DNA of 64,000 nt from Candidatus Bathyarchaeota archaeon. GTDB lineage: Archaea; Thermoproteota; Bathyarchaeia; Bathyarchaeales; Bathyarchaeaceae. The position numbers were made by a program, and so were the translations under genes. The notes beneath the pieces are model-generated. The model did not search any database, was not told the DNA's origin, and saw nothing but the letters and a program-made list of their open reading frames with translations. The stretch is from the NCBI GenBank assembly GCA_030608565.1, contig JAUWDY010000004.1, forward strand, positions 14,103 to 78,102. Reading direction: 5' to 3'. Positions 27,561-35,543 of this stretch are shown piece by piece (the first letter of the stretch is position 1; every line of letters begins with the position of its first letter).

Positions 27561-28700
27561 CTAGACGTTAGACTGAACCAAGATTTGCAGTGGCTTCTCT
27601 CTTCTCTTTTTGGGGACATTTGGCACAGGGATTTGCTGAATCACTTCCAAGGGTTCTGCTGTGATTTCTGCCGAGGCTTGTGCAAACTCTATGAGTAGTA
27701 CGCGGATTTTTTCAAGAAGTCTGGCGATCTGTGTTCCTTCTTCTGTTAGGGCATATGTTTTTGGACGCTTCCGTTTAAATGTAAGTTTCTTGCCTCTGAG
27801 TTTTCTTAGATACTTGTAGGTTCTCCGTAAGGAAATGTTTGTTTTATTAGCAAGTTTTTTGGCTGTTATGCCTTCTTCTGGGATGCCTTGGTAAACGCGT
27901 TTTTCCGTTGATGAAAGCTTCTCTTGTTGAGGATCTCTTCTTGTTTTGAAGTAGAAGATGTAATTGTTTTCATCATCTTTTGTTATGAGGTTTGCCGCGT
28001 GAAGACGTTTAAGAACTCTTGATAGGCTTTCAGTCGGGATTAGGAATTCTAGTTTTTCATAGGTTTTTGAGCCGTTAAACAATGCTTTAACCGTTTTTTC
28101 TTCATAACATTCGGAGTGAGGCGGCAGAAGTTGCCCAATGCCACTGAAATCTCCTATTAATTCGTTAAGCTTGTAGCCGAACACTGTCGTGTGGTACTTG
28201 TTGTGGTTTTCTTCAACTAATCCAACCTCTATCAAGGGGGCAACGTATTCTTCAGCTATTGTTCGTTGGCTATGATAAAAGCCTAGTTTTTTCAGTTTTT
28301 GTTGAAGTCTAACTATGGAATATCGTCCTTTCGAGAGTGTTTCCAAAAGTTGTAGGCGTCTCCTGTTCTTTAACGTGTTTAGTAAGTTTGTCACGAAGTT
28401 GGGGTTTTTCATCTTTCGGCCTAGTTTTCTGAGTTCATTCTTCAGTTTCCAAATGTTGCATCGGGTTACACATATCATTGGAGTTAATGGATGGCAGTCT
28501 TTGCAGGTTTCTTTCGCCTCTTCCAGCACTTCTGTTATGCTTGTTTTTCTTTGTGTCGCTTGTAGTGGTCTTGAACGAATTTTGGTTATCGTGGCGCCAG
28601 ACTTCCGCTGACGTGTGTCATAAGAATCGTTGAAAACTTTTTCAGAAGCAAGTTGAGGAAAAAAGAGAGGGGTTTTTTCTGTGGGTTTCACGTCTCTCAC
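27561..28700 (-). CDS. multi-wHTH (ArsR-like) transcriptional regulator with N-terminal Cys cluster (GTG start)
   Basis: CKDCHPLTPMICVTRC, then NLLNTLKNRRRLQLLETLSKGRYSIVRLQQKL (ArsR-type HTH) and further wHTH-like repeats (SRVLKRLHAANLI; ISLRRTYKYLRKL). Confidence 0.6.
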   Translation of the reverse strand: MRDVKPTEKTPLFFPQLASEKVFNDSYDTRQRKSGATITKIRSRPLQATQRKTSITEVLEEAKETCKDCHPLTPMICVTRCNIWKLKNELRKLGRKMKNPNFVTNLLNTLKNRRRLQLLETLSKGRYSIVRLQQKLKKLGFYHSQRTIAEEYVAPLIEVGLVEENHNKYHTTVFGYKLNELIGDFSGIGQLLPPHSECYEEKTVKALFNGSKTYEKLEFLIPTESLSRVLKRLHAANLITKDDENNYIFYFKTRRDPQQEKLSSTEKRVYQGIPEEGITAKKLANKTNISLRRTYKYLRKLRGKKLTFKRKRPKTYALTEEGTQIARLLEKIRVLLIEFAQASAEITAEPLEVIQQIPVPNVPKKRREKPLQILVQSNV

Positions 28701-28707
28701 GTCCTCT

Positions 28708-28743
28708 TATGACATACGTCATAGTTAATATGACATACGTCAT
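28708..28743. promoter_or_regulatory. two identical 15-mers tatgacatacgtcat spaced 21 bp apart (TGAC-N4-GTCA inverted-repeat operators)
   Basis: 28708-28722 and 28729-28743 are identical. Each contains the inverted repeat atgac/gtcat. They lie in the divergent gap between two regulator genes, 8 nt from the GTG of 27561-28700. Confidence 0.6.
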
Positions 28744-28787
28744 TCTTATATACTTTCCCCGTACAGCTAAATAGCGGTGAAAACCGC

Positions 28788-29183
28788 TTGATACTGCCCT
28801 GCGAAATCGCCGTAAAGTCAGTTATACCAGCAATAAAAGCAACAATGGCCAAAGAACTCGTGGAAACACACGGCCTAAAACAGGACCAAGTAGCTGAGAT
28901 CCTAGGAGTGTCTCAATCTGCAGTAAGTAAATACACTCGGCATGTTAGGGGTCACGTGATAAAAATTGACAACGTAGAAGGAATACAACCTCTGATAAAT
29001 AGTATGATAAACCTGCTCGTAGATGGAAGCTCAAAAAGAACCGAATTTCTAGGACTATTCTGCCAAATATGCATAATAATACGCAAAAATGGTCTGATGT
29101 GCCCGTTTTGTCAGAAAACAGACCCAAAAATCAAAATGGAAGAATGTAGCTTCTGCCTAACCTACGAACCAACTTCAAAATGA
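28788..29183 (+). CDS. HTH (XRE/COG2522-like) transcriptional regulator with C-terminal Cys-rich domain
   Basis: GLKQDQVAEILGVSQSAVSKY HTH. C-terminal CQIC...CPFC...CSFC. Confidence 0.65.
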   Translation: MILPCEIAVKSVIPAIKATMAKELVETHGLKQDQVAEILGVSQSAVSKYTRHVRGHVIKIDNVEGIQPLINSMINLLVDGSSKRTEFLGLFCQICIIIRKNGLMCPFCQKTDPKIKMEECSFCLTYEPTSK

Positions 29184-29246
29184 AGAGATAAGAGGAAAAT
29201 TTAAGGCATCAAATTTGCCCTTCACGATTCTTCATGCATGCATAGC

Positions 29247-30299
29247 TCAAATTTCCAGTCTGTAACCCCATAACATGTAGAGAGCCACGGCTATAGCAAT
29301 TAAGACAAGAGTAGGTATCGCTTTGTACAGGACCTGTTTTCCCATTTCTTGCAATAGAACCTTTGTTCTTTCCTTTTTGGAAGTAACTACGAGCTCGAGT
29401 ATCTTCTGTTTGTCCTCTTCAACTTTTTCCAGCAATTGTATCAGTTCGCCAAAGTGCCGATCGACTGTTGATTTGTCTTTCTTTTGGATTGATACAGAGA
29501 TATTCTCTAGATATCCCTGCAACTCTTTGACTTCATCTTTGGTGCCTCTGTTTAAGATCAGGCCTGTTTGTAGTACTCTTTTTTTGTAATCTTTTAGCAC
29601 AAAAAAAGCAGGTAAAGCCTTCTGATAAGATTTCAAAGCTTCTTTAAAATCTCCTAGATTTGGCTTCACCGTATCACTTGACAAGTTACTGCCAATATCT
29701 TCAGAAAATTTCTTGAAAAAGTAAGCTGCTTTTTCCCTTTCTCTGTAGATCGATTTGTATGCTCCCCAAGAAAAACCCATACCGAAGTACGACGCAAGCC
29801 CAATCAGGAACTCTTCTGAGTCAAATAGAGTTGGTGGCTCGCTTCGCTTGCTATACGCAATGGAAAAAAAGGTGAAAAACAGTGAAGCTGCAGCAACTGT
29901 TAGCCAGAGCAAATAGGGCTTCAACAATATTTTGGTTCTTATTGATATCCTGATTTTCGGCAGTCTTTTCTCAAAGGATTGAAGTTTTCTATTTGTCCAA
30001 AGAAATTCGAACAATCTCTCCGTAGTCTTGATGCCAAAGATTGCCATTGAAACTATGATTGAGAAAAGTAGACTGAAGCTAAAGGCAAAGTTTGTGTCTA
30101 CGGTTTGGAATGATGACATGATAAAGTTGACTCCGAGGCCGATGAGAAATAGAACGCTACCCGCAACAAGCAGTGGAAACGCAAAGTATCTAATTAAATG
30201 AAAGACGGCTAATGCTATAAACCGAAGGATAAGGCGTGCGTAACGTCTTATATTGTGGTCTCTCTTGATACGCTCTTTGTAAGTGCTCTTCTTGCCCAA
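29247..30299 (-). CDS. hypothetical membrane protein with cytoplasmic coiled-coil region
   Basis: 350 aa. About 5 TM helices in the N-terminal half, a long charged helical region and a C-terminal TM anchor. No family recognised. Confidence 0.55.
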   Translation of the reverse strand: MGKKSTYKERIKRDHNIRRYARLILRFIALAVFHLIRYFAFPLLVAGSVLFLIGLGVNFIMSSFQTVDTNFAFSFSLLFSIIVSMAIFGIKTTERLFEFLWTNRKLQSFEKRLPKIRISIRTKILLKPYLLWLTVAAASLFFTFFSIAYSKRSEPPTLFDSEEFLIGLASYFGMGFSWGAYKSIYREREKAAYFFKKFSEDIGSNLSSDTVKPNLGDFKEALKSYQKALPAFFVLKDYKKRVLQTGLILNRGTKDEVKELQGYLENISVSIQKKDKSTVDRHFGELIQLLEKVEEDKQKILELVVTSKKERTKVLLQEMGKQVLYKAIPTLVLIAIAVALYMLWGYRLEI

Positions 30300-30410
30300 C
30301 TCTGAAAGCCCAGATAACAGAATAGAACATTCTTCTATATTTTTGTTCCGAGTACATGCATCACTCTACCCCTGATTATCATAAATCTATCAAAACGAAT
30401 GGTGTACGGG

Positions 30411-30617
30411 CTAAACTGTAATGAACTTCGCGTCATAACATTCTTCGCACAAATGCTCTTTCTTATGTTCAATTCTTTGCCTAATCCCATACCTTCGCCA
30501 ACGCTTAAACACTGGGTCATTGTCTTTAAACGGATAACCACATTCAGAACACTGTAAACCTTCTAATTTCATTCTTTCCCTAGTGTGTTTGGTTAGGACA
30601 AATCGGGAGAATGGCAT
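30411..30617 (-). CDS. small zinc-ribbon protein (68 aa)
   Basis: CSECG...CEEC pairs: LQCSECGYPFKDNDPVFKRWRRYGIRQRIEHKKEHLCEECYD. Confidence 0.5.
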   Translation of the reverse strand: MPFSRFVLTKHTRERMKLEGLQCSECGYPFKDNDPVFKRWRRYGIRQRIEHKKEHLCEECYDAKFITV

Positions 30618-30817
30618 ACATACACACCTTGTTCTCGTGTTTATCTATTAAAAAATCATGATGTACGCAACTTAACTTTTGAGATGTGACAAATTCACAT
30701 GTTGCATGCATGGGTGCGAGCATATTGAAAGCTTAGGGCCCTACGTCAAAACTCAATGGAGAGATTACCAGGACAAACTGCTTGGAGAGAACGATTGGAG
30801 CCAATGAGGACTGTTCG

Positions 30818-31906
30818 CTATTTTGATCTTAAATCGCTTTTGCCAAATTTGATAATCCCTGCAAGAAAGCTTGGTTCCCAGCCGCCTTTCTCCCACTTGA
30901 GTTTTTTTGACGAGAGAATCTTCGGATTTTTGCCGATAAGAACATAGGTTATCAGAAAGGGGATAGTAAGCTCCCAATACACATTTACAGAGAGGATATG
31001 GTTGTAGAAATCTGGAATCTTGTTAATGATGGACGAAAGAAGATCATCAAGCTCTTTTACTTTTGACAATCCCGATGCATAGCAGTAAGCCACCAAATAG
31101 GACAAATCTGTCTTTCCCCAATGGATTACTTTCACGCGTGAAGATTTGACACTCTTGGCAAACTTGGCTAGGCGTAGGGCACTGTCAGATTTGATGTATT
31201 CTGCCAGCGTATCGGCGTTTATCTCTAGATCGATATCTTTCCTCTTGATTTTCTCCTGAATTTGACCCCTTAGAGAAGTTAATCCTGTCTTCAGAGAGGA
31301 GAATTCTTCATCCGCCAACTCCAAAATGCCGGAAAGGCGAAATAGCTTTCGCCTGAATTGATAAGGGACGTCAGCTTCCTTTTTGTATCTTAGTGTTTGA
31401 TCTATAGCAGCCCATGCGTGTTGAAGAACTGTGCGAAGCTGTATTTCAGTTTTAAGTCCTTTATAATCCTTCCACTCAGGTAAATCTGTCCGATTTTTAG
31501 ACAAGGCAACAACATAGTGGATTGCGCGATACCCAAATTCGTGGGGCTTCAAGGCCTGAGTTTTGTCTACTGAGTCGGTTGAGCTAACTGAAAACTCGTC
31601 TTTGATTATCTGGATAATCCTATCAACATCTTCTAGATAGTATGCTACAATCCTTATGCCAGATAAATCAGTTATTTCATTCAAGGGATCGGCATAATGC
31701 TTGTCTTGTCTGTTTATTTTTTCACCAAAGCTTTTCACGCTCTTTGTTCGGGGTTCTATCAAATGATATTCAATTTTGTTTCTTTCAATGAGATCTCTAA
31801 TGAGAATCTTCAGTTTCTCAGTAAACTGGACATATACAGGCCTAATCTTTCTGTATTCCTGAATCCATTTGTCTGTTTGCACACGCAAGGTTTCTCTTTG
31901 CCTCAA
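30818..31906 (-). CDS. RelA/SpoT-domain (small alarmone synthetase / toxSAS-like) nucleotide pyrophosphokinase with about 170-aa C-terminal domain of unknown function
   Basis: EPRTKSVKSFGEKI, ITDLSGIRIV, HEFGYRAIHYVV, EIQLRTVLQHAWAAIDQTLRYK: the conserved blocks of the RelA_SpoT synthetase fold. No HD hydrolase domain. Confidence 0.8.
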   Translation of the reverse strand: MRQRETLRVQTDKWIQEYRKIRPVYVQFTEKLKILIRDLIERNKIEYHLIEPRTKSVKSFGEKINRQDKHYADPLNEITDLSGIRIVAYYLEDVDRIIQIIKDEFSVSSTDSVDKTQALKPHEFGYRAIHYVVALSKNRTDLPEWKDYKGLKTEIQLRTVLQHAWAAIDQTLRYKKEADVPYQFRRKLFRLSGILELADEEFSSLKTGLTSLRGQIQEKIKRKDIDLEINADTLAEYIKSDSALRLAKFAKSVKSSRVKVIHWGKTDLSYLVAYCYASGLSKVKELDDLLSSIINKIPDFYNHILSVNVYWELTIPFLITYVLIGKNPKILSSKKLKWEKGGWEPSFLAGIIKFGKSDLRSK

Positions 31907-32072
31907 GACTCGTAATGTAATCGTATCAAATGACTATGTTACATTATTCCACTAGTGTAAAATAAATATAACTCATTCGAATTTTGCCACCATACTTTCA
32001 CAAAAATGTCTAGGTGTTTTTTCTTTGGTGCATGCATACTTTGAAAATTTGGTGATCCACAGAAGAGAGAAA

Positions 32073-32198
32073 CTAACCGAACTTCATCTGCTTAAGCTCT
32101 TTCTCTTCATAACCACACACTGTACATTTCCACGTTTTCCCGTCAGAAACAAAAGCGTTTGTTGAACCGCATTTCGGACACGTACGGCATCGAGTCAT
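32073..32198 (-). CDS. tiny zinc-ribbon protein (41 aa)
   Basis: Own translation: MTRCRTCPKCGSTNAFVSDGKTWKCTVCGYEEKELKQMKFG (CPKCG...CTVCG). Below the ORF-track cutoff. Confidence 0.45.
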   Translation of the reverse strand: MTRCRTCPKCGSTNAFVSDGKTWKCTVCGYEEKELKQMKFG

Positions 32199-32380
32199 GT
32201 TATAATTAGATCAATTCAGCATAAAGCAACATCGCACATAACGTACTCCTCCTTTTTCCCCCCTTAGTCTATATCTTTTCTCGTTGTTTTCCACCATACC
32301 ATACGCTGTATGATGAAGGAAGTGTAAAATGCCGTTCCTTTGTGGGGACTGAGGGAATATGTCGGGTGTGATAATAATAA

Positions 32381-33220
32381 TTATGCATTTTCTGAAAGTA
32401 TTGCTCCAGCTTTCTCAATCATTAACTTAAGAGTTTCTTTACGAATTCCTGTTTCTCTCCTAAGTTCTTCTGGATTTTTTGCGGTTAGCTGTTTTAGCAG
32501 AACTATTCCGGCAGATGCTAATTTTTCTCTTGTTGCGGTGTTTAACCCTTTAAGATAAGTTAAAGGATGCAGCTTCTTCTCTTCAATCATAGTTTGTAAG
32601 TTACGGTTTGGAGGTGAACCCCATCCTATATGATGAATCCCTCTACATTTCGCATAACGTTTAGCATGTTCTGAAAGCTTCGTGTTACAAACTATCATTG
32701 CTTTATCAATTTTCAAGTTGTTCAATCCAAGTTTGAATCCTTCCGTTACATCTTCGAAAACTGCTCTTGTAATGCGGCTTACATCTAGACCTGTTGGAGT
32801 GTGATAGCTGAAATGGTGTTTCACTTCTACAATGTATGTTTCGCCGTTTTTTCTTGCGACAGCGTCGACTTCATGTTCTACACATTTGCCCCTTATAATC
32901 TGATTCGGAGTAACTTTATAGCCGTGCTCGCTCAGCAATATTTGGATAAAACGTTCAAAGTCAGGTTTCGGCTTCATCAAACTCAAAGCTTTACGTAGGT
33001 CAATCTGATGCTTGACAGCTGGCTTATACTTACCTAACTGCCCAAAAATCATCTTGAGAATTTTCTTTGTTTCTATGCCATCATAAACCGTCATTTCAAT
33101 GTTTTCAGCAATCTTCTCAGCGATTTCTCGAGTAGCACCCATTCTCAGACATGTCCTAACAACTTTTTCTCTGTCAAACACCTGTTTCGTTCCGTCAACT
33201 TTTGTAACAAAGACAGCCAA
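32381..33220 (-). CDS. ATP-cone domain fused to a restriction-endonuclease-fold (Mrr-like) domain and C-terminal HhH
   Basis: N-terminal VTKVDGTKQVFDREKVVRTCLRMG (ATP-cone). Core FERFIQILLSEHGYKV...HEVDAVARKNGETYIVEVKHH (D..E.K nuclease motif). C-terminal helix-hairpin-helix-like LTAKNPEEL..ETGI. Confidence 0.65.
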   Translation of the reverse strand: MAVFVTKVDGTKQVFDREKVVRTCLRMGATREIAEKIAENIEMTVYDGIETKKILKMIFGQLGKYKPAVKHQIDLRKALSLMKPKPDFERFIQILLSEHGYKVTPNQIIRGKCVEHEVDAVARKNGETYIVEVKHHFSYHTPTGLDVSRITRAVFEDVTEGFKLGLNNLKIDKAMIVCNTKLSEHAKRYAKCRGIHHIGWGSPPNRNLQTMIEEKKLHPLTYLKGLNTATREKLASAGIVLLKQLTAKNPEELRRETGIRKETLKLMIEKAGAILSENA

Positions 33221-33289
33221 AATTATCCTACCAAAAGTTTTAGTGCCTTCGCTTACTAAAAAGATAACTGTCCTTATAGGTGAAAACTA

Positions 33290-34210
33290 TTGTTGAAACC
33301 AATTCAAGCAACCGCTATGAGAATAAAACAGCTTGAAGTTCAAGGTGCCAGAAACGTTGCTGTAGCCGCCATAAAAGCGATAGAAACTCTAGCGAAAGAA
33401 ACAAAAGCGAAGAACAAAAAGGAATTTTTAAAGGAACTCTCAGAGGCAAAGGAAATCCTTTTTTCTTCCAGAGAAACTGAGCCGTTGATGAGAAACGCTG
33501 TTCGATTGATAATAAGTCAAGTAGAAAAAAATATCCATGAAAAAGTTGAGGAACTAACCGAGATAGTCACCTCGGCTTCTGAACAGTTTCTCAAAAATCT
33601 TGAAAATTCAAAGAGAAAAATTGCTGAAATAGGAGCTAGAAGAATTAGGAACAATTCAGTAGTCTTAACTCACTGCCACTCATCAACAGTCACTTATTTG
33701 TTGAGAAGAGCTAAACTAGAAGGAAGATCCTTTGAAGTTATCTGTACTGAAAGTAGACCTGTCTTTCAAGGCAGAATAACCGCGAAAGAAATGTTAGAGT
33801 TAGGTGTGAAGACTACTTTGATTGTGGATTCGGCTACACGCTTTTTCATGAATCAAGTTGACCTTGTATTAGTGGGAGCAGATGCCATAACCTCAGAGGG
33901 AAATGTGGTGAACAAGATTGGAACAAGCATGATCGCCCTCATTGCTCAGGAAGCCAGAACACCCTTCTACGTGGTTTCTGAACTTTTGAAGTTCGACCCT
34001 GTAACTAGGTACGGGGACTATGAAAAAATAGAGGAAAGAAGACAAAACGAAATTTGGAAAAATCCTCCAAAAAACTTAATCATAAGGAATCCTGCCTTTG
34101 ATATTACAAGGAGAGACTTTGTTCACGGCATAATATGTGAAGAGGGGATAATCTCTCCTCACTCAATAACCCAAGTGATGCATAGAAAATATCCATGGAT
34201 TCTTGAGTAA
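33290..34210 (+). CDS. e2b2: ribose-1,5-bisphosphate isomerase (eIF-2B alpha/beta/delta-like, e2b2 family)
   Basis: 306 aa with VLTHCHSSTV, ESRP..QG, VLVGADAITSEGNVVNKIGT motifs. Adjacent to type III RuBisCO and AMP phosphorylase. Confidence 0.8.
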   Translation: MLKPIQATAMRIKQLEVQGARNVAVAAIKAIETLAKETKAKNKKEFLKELSEAKEILFSSRETEPLMRNAVRLIISQVEKNIHEKVEELTEIVTSASEQFLKNLENSKRKIAEIGARRIRNNSVVLTHCHSSTVTYLLRRAKLEGRSFEVICTESRPVFQGRITAKEMLELGVKTTLIVDSATRFFMNQVDLVLVGADAITSEGNVVNKIGTSMIALIAQEARTPFYVVSELLKFDPVTRYGDYEKIEERRQNEIWKNPPKNLIIRNPAFDITRRDFVHGIICEEGIISPHSITQVMHRKYPWILE

Positions 34211-34218
34211 CCAAACTG

Positions 34219-35448
34219 CTAGGCGTGTTGTTCCCATATTTGCAGTGCTGTTTTAAGTTCTCTGTGTTCTTTAGCATATTCTCTCAGAGATATGGCTCCT
34301 AAAGTCGCATCTACTGCTTGCCGCATAGCTTTTGCTCCTGCAACTGTTCCATCTCTGTGACCATGAATTCCTCCTCCAGCTTGGATTACGAAGTCTTTTC
34401 CGAAAAACTCGATTAGTGCTGGAACTAATCTTGGATGCAAACCGCCTGAAGCAACGGGAAAAACTCGTTTTAATCCGCTCATTTCCTCCTTTAATGCTTC
34501 ACAGTTCTCCGCAACTTCCTCTCTTGTTTCAAACATTTTTCCAACAACTGTGCCTACGTGAAGTTGATCTACACCTATTATCCTAGCTATTTTGGCTATT
34601 ACTCGCATCGAAATTCCATGCTTAGGATTCCTAGTAAACGCCGCATGTCCAGCCCTATGTGCATGAATTATAAGGTTAAAGTCTTGTTCAAGTAGCGTCT
34701 GTAAAGCGGAAAAACCACAAGTTAGAATGTCAACCATGACATATTCTCCACTACGGCTAAGCACAAATTCAGCTCTTTTTATCATCTCCCTCGTTTCCGC
34801 TGTGATATTAACCATGTAAACTTTTCTTTCACCAGTCTCTTCTTCAGCTCGGTCTCTACTCTCTAATGTTTTAATGACACGGTCTTCAAATGGATTAAAC
34901 CTTTGATTGCTTAGGTTCTCATCGTCCTTTACTATGTCACATCCTCCGACCCAAGCTTCATGAGCAACTTTTGCGTGATCCAAAGTTTTCAACCCAAGTT
35001 TGGGCTTGATTATCGTTCCCACCAATGGCCGATCAGAAACTTTCAAAAGCTTTCGAACTCCTCCAATACCATATTTTGGACCCTTGAAGCTTTTGATAAG
35101 CTCCGAGGAAAAGTGGATGTCGTTAAGCCGTAAGTTCTTAAGAGTTTTCAATCCGAAAACATTTCCTGAAACACTACTCAATATGTTGGGCATGTTTCTC
35201 GGCTCGAAAAGTTCAATCGGATAAGCTATTTTCACATTGTTTCTTTCTATGCTAAATACGCGAGCGGCAAGTTTCTGAACATAGGACTTTGTGGTTGTGA
35301 GTTCTGTCCACGTTCCTATCGAACTTTCAGCAGCTACTCCGCCTGCAGCTTCCTCTATGCTGACGCCTTCTGGTTGAACGTAGAACGTGCAAACAACATC
35401 TGTTTCTTCAGGTTCGTATTTGAAATCTATAAAATCTATGTATCTCAA
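34219..35448 (-). CDS. rbcL: type III ribulose-1,5-bisphosphate carboxylase/oxygenase large subunit
   Basis: AAESSIGTWT, GPKYGIGGVR, PLVGTIIKPKLGL, GGCDIVKDDENL, HAHRAGHAA, GGGIHGH: canonical RbcL active-site blocks. 409 aa, form III size. Confidence 0.9.
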   Translation of the reverse strand: MRYIDFIDFKYEPEETDVVCTFYVQPEGVSIEEAAGGVAAESSIGTWTELTTTKSYVQKLAARVFSIERNNVKIAYPIELFEPRNMPNILSSVSGNVFGLKTLKNLRLNDIHFSSELIKSFKGPKYGIGGVRKLLKVSDRPLVGTIIKPKLGLKTLDHAKVAHEAWVGGCDIVKDDENLSNQRFNPFEDRVIKTLESRDRAEEETGERKVYMVNITAETREMIKRAEFVLSRSGEYVMVDILTCGFSALQTLLEQDFNLIIHAHRAGHAAFTRNPKHGISMRVIAKIARIIGVDQLHVGTVVGKMFETREEVAENCEALKEEMSGLKRVFPVASGGLHPRLVPALIEFFGKDFVIQAGGGIHGHRDGTVAGAKAMRQAVDATLGAISLREYAKEHRELKTALQIWEQHA

Positions 35449-35486
35449 ACTGACTCCAGCCTCTCAATTTTGTTTATTGGATTGAG

Positions 35487-35507
35487 TTGCTTAAAGGCTT
35501 TAAGCAA
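35487..35507. promoter_or_regulatory. perfect 21-bp palindrome TTGCTTAAAG-G-CTTTAAGCAA in the rbcL / AMP phosphorylase divergent promoter region
   Basis: Read directly: ttgcttaaaggctttaagcaa. 10-bp arms, 1-nt centre. 39 nt from the rbcL start and 37 nt from the deoA start. Confidence 0.65.
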
Positions 35508-35543
35508 TGATTCGCCTTACTTTTTGATTAAGAGTGAGTCGGA

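Noticed and set aside
32310-32352. Possible C/D-box sRNA (ATGATGA ... CTGA)
   Set aside because: Only 43 nt lie between the boxes, there are no recognisable internal D-prime/C-prime boxes and no terminal stem. The boxes are short enough to occur by chance.
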